Notes under the pieces: generated by a model
What the model was told of the DNA's origin: nothing
Database searches by the model: none
Seen by the model: the letters and a program-made list of their open reading frames with translations, nothing else
Shown here: positions 37,501 to 38,746 of the stretch, in pieces
Numbering within the stretch: position 1 is the stretch's first letter
Layout: each line of letters starts with the position of its first letter
Virus record (IMG/VR): IMGVR_UViG_3300045988_141642
Source: a virus
Length of the DNA: 38,746 bases
Strand: one strand, 5' to 3'
Made by a program: the position numbers and the translations under genes

Positions 37501-38746
37501 AATCCCGGGCCCAGGTGTCCTGACCACCGCGCAAGTTGTGGTATAGCTTCTCCAGCGTAGGCGAGCCTTGCATTCTGAAGAAATACTCCGGCTTCAAGGC
37601 GTTGTAGCCAAAGCCCTTCATAAACTCGATACGCTCGTTGGTCTTCTTACCATTGGGATCCTTTTTGCTGCCCTTCAGTTCATGAATGATCTGCTGGCCC
37701 TGGCTCTCCACCGTAGCAGTTTTCTCTGCCTTGAATAGGCGGTTGCTGTTGGTAACAGCCTTTTTGACCGACCGGATCAGCTGATAGGTTTGTTCCAGCT
37801 CATCAGCGGTCATGTCGTTAATGGACTTGTCGCCAATGCTCTCCTTTAACTGGAGGATTTGTCCCTTAAACAGATTGTTGTAGTCCTCCACCAGAGTGGC
37901 ATACTCGGTCTTTTGGCTATCATTGCCTTCTATTTTGTCGAAGCCGTCTCTAACCTTATTCAGGTAGCTGTCCAGCCTCTCCCCGGCCTTGCCGTCCAGA
38001 ACCACAGCCCTACCCAGTTCTTTCACGCTGTCCAGAAGTCCATTGGGCACCCGGCGCTCTTTGCCGCCGTTTGCCGCCAGGCTCATCAAGTCCAGTATCT
38101 GCTTCTTGATTTTGTTCTTCTGCACCGTCTTGCGCCGCTTTTCCACATCGCGGTGCCGCCGTTCTGCGTATAGCTGCCGCTGGGCTTTCAGCTGATCGGC
38201 GTACTGGGTACGCATATCTGCTTTGTCCTGCCGACTCTTGGATTGTACCGCCTTCAACTTCTCTTCATACCGCTGGCGGTAATCATCCTTAACGGACTGG
38301 AGCCGCTTGCGGTATTTGTTCTGCATCGCAGTAAAGCGATCGTTCTGTCGCTGGGCATAGGTCTTGTACTCCGGAGTGTCCATGTACGCATCAAAAATAT
38401 CATAGGCCACGGTAGTGGCAGCATCGTCCATGTCCATACCGTCATAGGAATAATAAGAGTCTTTCAACTCCTCCACGATCTCCAGCAGTCGCTCCGGCAT
38501 GTTCTGGCTATTCTCCTCAGCATCAAAAGTGCCCGGGTACAGTTCAGCCAGCTCCTGCCAAGCGCTATCCAAAGACTGTCCATTCTTAGCCAGATTGACC
38601 GCACCAAACAGTCGTTTGCGGTAGTTGCCATACCGATCATGGTGGTAAGCCGTCTCCGCCTTTTGCTCATCGGACAGCGTGATTGCCATACCCCGCAGCG
38701 TGTCCAAAACCTCCTGGGCGTATTCGTCACGCACCGTGTGTTCCGG
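34559..38746 (-). CDS. Giant virion polyvalent/internal-core-like protein, C-terminal part
   Basis: Track ORF 34559..38734 (1391 aa) is the same frame continued through the 55-bp overlap. Its listed GTG start is internal (...ELLDSTPEHT-VRDEYAQEVLDTLRG...). TAA at 34559..34561 is followed by an intrinsic terminator. Confidence 0.85.
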   Translation of the reverse strand, partial: PEHTVRDEYAQEVLDTLRGMAITLSDEQKAETAYHHDRYGNYRKRLFGAVNLAKNGQSLDSAWQELAELYPGTFDAEENSQNMPERLLEIVEELKDSYYSYDGMDMDDAATTVAYDIFDAYMDTPEYKTYAQRQNDRFTAMQNKYRKRLQSVKDDYRQRYEEKLKAVQSKSRQDKADMRTQYADQLKAQRQLYAERRHRDVEKRRKTVQKNKIKKQILDLMSLAANGGKERRVPNGLLDSVKELGRAVVLDGKAGERLDSYLNKVRDGFDKIEGNDSQKTEYATLVEDYNNLFKGQILQLKESIGDKSINDMTADELEQTYQLIRSVKKAVTNSNRLFKAEKTATVESQGQQIIHELKGSKKDPNGKKTNERIEFMKGFGYNALKPEYFFRMQGSPTLEKLYHNLRGGQDTWARDCYDARQYSQRLKEKYHAYNWNPKRTFTLDTQYGEKLKFNLQQLLYLYALSRREPAMQHLTQGGMVFDKVSTRSKRGKRIVELTDNTAHPLTVEDIAKATDMLTKEQKAYAQDMQRYLADTMGAKGNEVSRVMYDMDLFTDSDYIPMRSAGDYVQYIQDKANGDAKIKNSGFTNQLNVHANNALVISSFDDVWANHVNDMALYHAFTLPLEDFQRVYNYHTQVGENGTVSQAVRGYMDTESKRYIEQFIRDLNGGVRPDNGSRYVNKGISLFKKGAVFASASVAIQQPSAIARAMAVIPAKHFVATTVSKRDYAQLKKYAPVAIVKEMGYFDTGMGKTATDWINSDKPRGFGKKLRALVTDSDYRDSVLSALPEKADELTWAHIWNACVHEAKTDFHLTGEAAYQKAGERFSEVVDRTQVYDSVFSRSGMMRSSDNAMKMATAFMAEPTTSLNMLVDAVYQVKNGNAPKSYGARVVGSLVAAAALNSILQSIVTAARDDDDDKTYLEVYLGQLLPNMWSNLNPAGQLPMLKDAISIFMGYDVSRADMNLLIDLRDAVQAMDSDTISTGQKINRLAGALSAFVGLPYKNVARDVQSVFNVIHKATLDMHTGATGTKEVFNDEMKGQLLIDDLLEKFGIEMFPDTDKSAKLYKAVSTGDQEIVDRMQREAGDDETFNRMLVAAVKANDQNAGKAAQAHLEGDYDGFDARLQDIIKLGFSDEIAVKAVDGIESAAKALVTAKENDDGTEEYKAEYKEKFDQVVATGFDAKALEKYVSDHVDTSNEPKGKLKSRYDYSDVALAISKNDNSGTKRMRQDLINTAVKNGYTKDKAEDMVDKAIRREFAKSDERLLRAAEAYKVGAFDTYEANVRAIASDDYFTMDEVATMAKGHTNKTGIPYSSSDVVKAMDTSSGKVKSIISQLEKAGKAGKDGAYIKSRITAAYKDKYIKGDETTRRNIRQKMYNTGLYTADEIYNRTNAWLKSK
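38692..38746. repeat. Terminal direct repeat copy 2
   Basis: Identical to 1..55. Unique genome length is therefore 38,691 bp. Confidence 0.95.

Noticed and set aside
35378-37546. Long plus-strand ORFs 35378..36472 (364 aa) and 36764..37546 (260 aa)
   Set aside because: They are antisense to the C-terminal part of the giant ORF, with typical shadow composition (H/R/L/V/C-rich).
1-38746. The giant ORF as an N4-like virion RNA polymerase (similar size, N4-gp56-like capsid)
   Set aside because: I found no T7/N4-type polymerase motifs (D-x-S-x-SG, R-x3-K-x7-YG, HD-S/A-F) or DxDGD-type motifs. The phage has consensus sigma70 promoters and a lysogeny switch, so it should rely on host RNA polymerase. 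Only a profile search could fully exclude this.
1-38746. tRNA, rRNA, transposase/IS elements, or known defence systems (CBASS, retron, restriction-modification, toxin-antitoxin pairs)
   Set aside because: The intergenic regions are short and show no cloverleaf-like structures. I recognised no reverse transcriptase, cyclase, methyltransferase, restriction endonuclease or transposase motifs in any frame.

Overview
The first 55 bp are identical to the last 55 bp, so this window is a complete, circularly closed temperate phage genome of 38,691 unique bp, not a chromosomal fragment. Gene content looks Firmicutes/Clostridia-like: Prp protease, ImmR/ImmA-type switch, large serine integrase and WKNNSFT-type holin. 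The minus strand carries the early/replication-recombination genes (26882 down to 18393). These are a cro-like HTH, pentapeptide-repeat protein, Gp157, Rad52/Sak-like annealase, NinB-like protein, SSB, an initiator with internal iterons, RusA, a divergent ThyX-like protein and dUTPase. The late operon follows (18321 down through position 1, across the junction, to 31345): terS, terL, portal, Prp, scaffold, N4-gp56-like capsid, tail proteins, two low-complexity proteins, one giant ORF, a collagen-like tail fibre, holin and a C39-like endolysin. The plus strand carries the lysogeny module (27152..30872): CI-like repressor, ImmA metalloprotease, an AT-rich membrane protein and a serine integrase. 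I saw no rRNA, tRNA or CRISPR array. The most notable point is that the ORF track hides a single 10,329-nt (3,442-codon) minus-strand ORF, about 27% of the genome, because it crosses the window edge (6196..1 joined to 38691..34559). It sits where podoviruses keep internal/ejected core proteins and looks like a multi-module polyvalent effector protein. It also contains an alternative-frame ORF with its own Shine-Dalgarno (SD) sequence. Other leads:
- a promoter-to-terminator unit for an ~80-nt antisense sRNA
- convergent consensus promoters at the immunity switch
- a phage Prp with matching LQLFDG sites on scaffold and capsid
- three paralogous G/C-tract terminators inside the late operon
- a 9x near-identical pentapeptide repeat gene
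- an AT-rich membrane protein and a self-contained 54-aa moron near the integrase.
All functional calls come from motif recognition by eye and from synteny. No searches were run.
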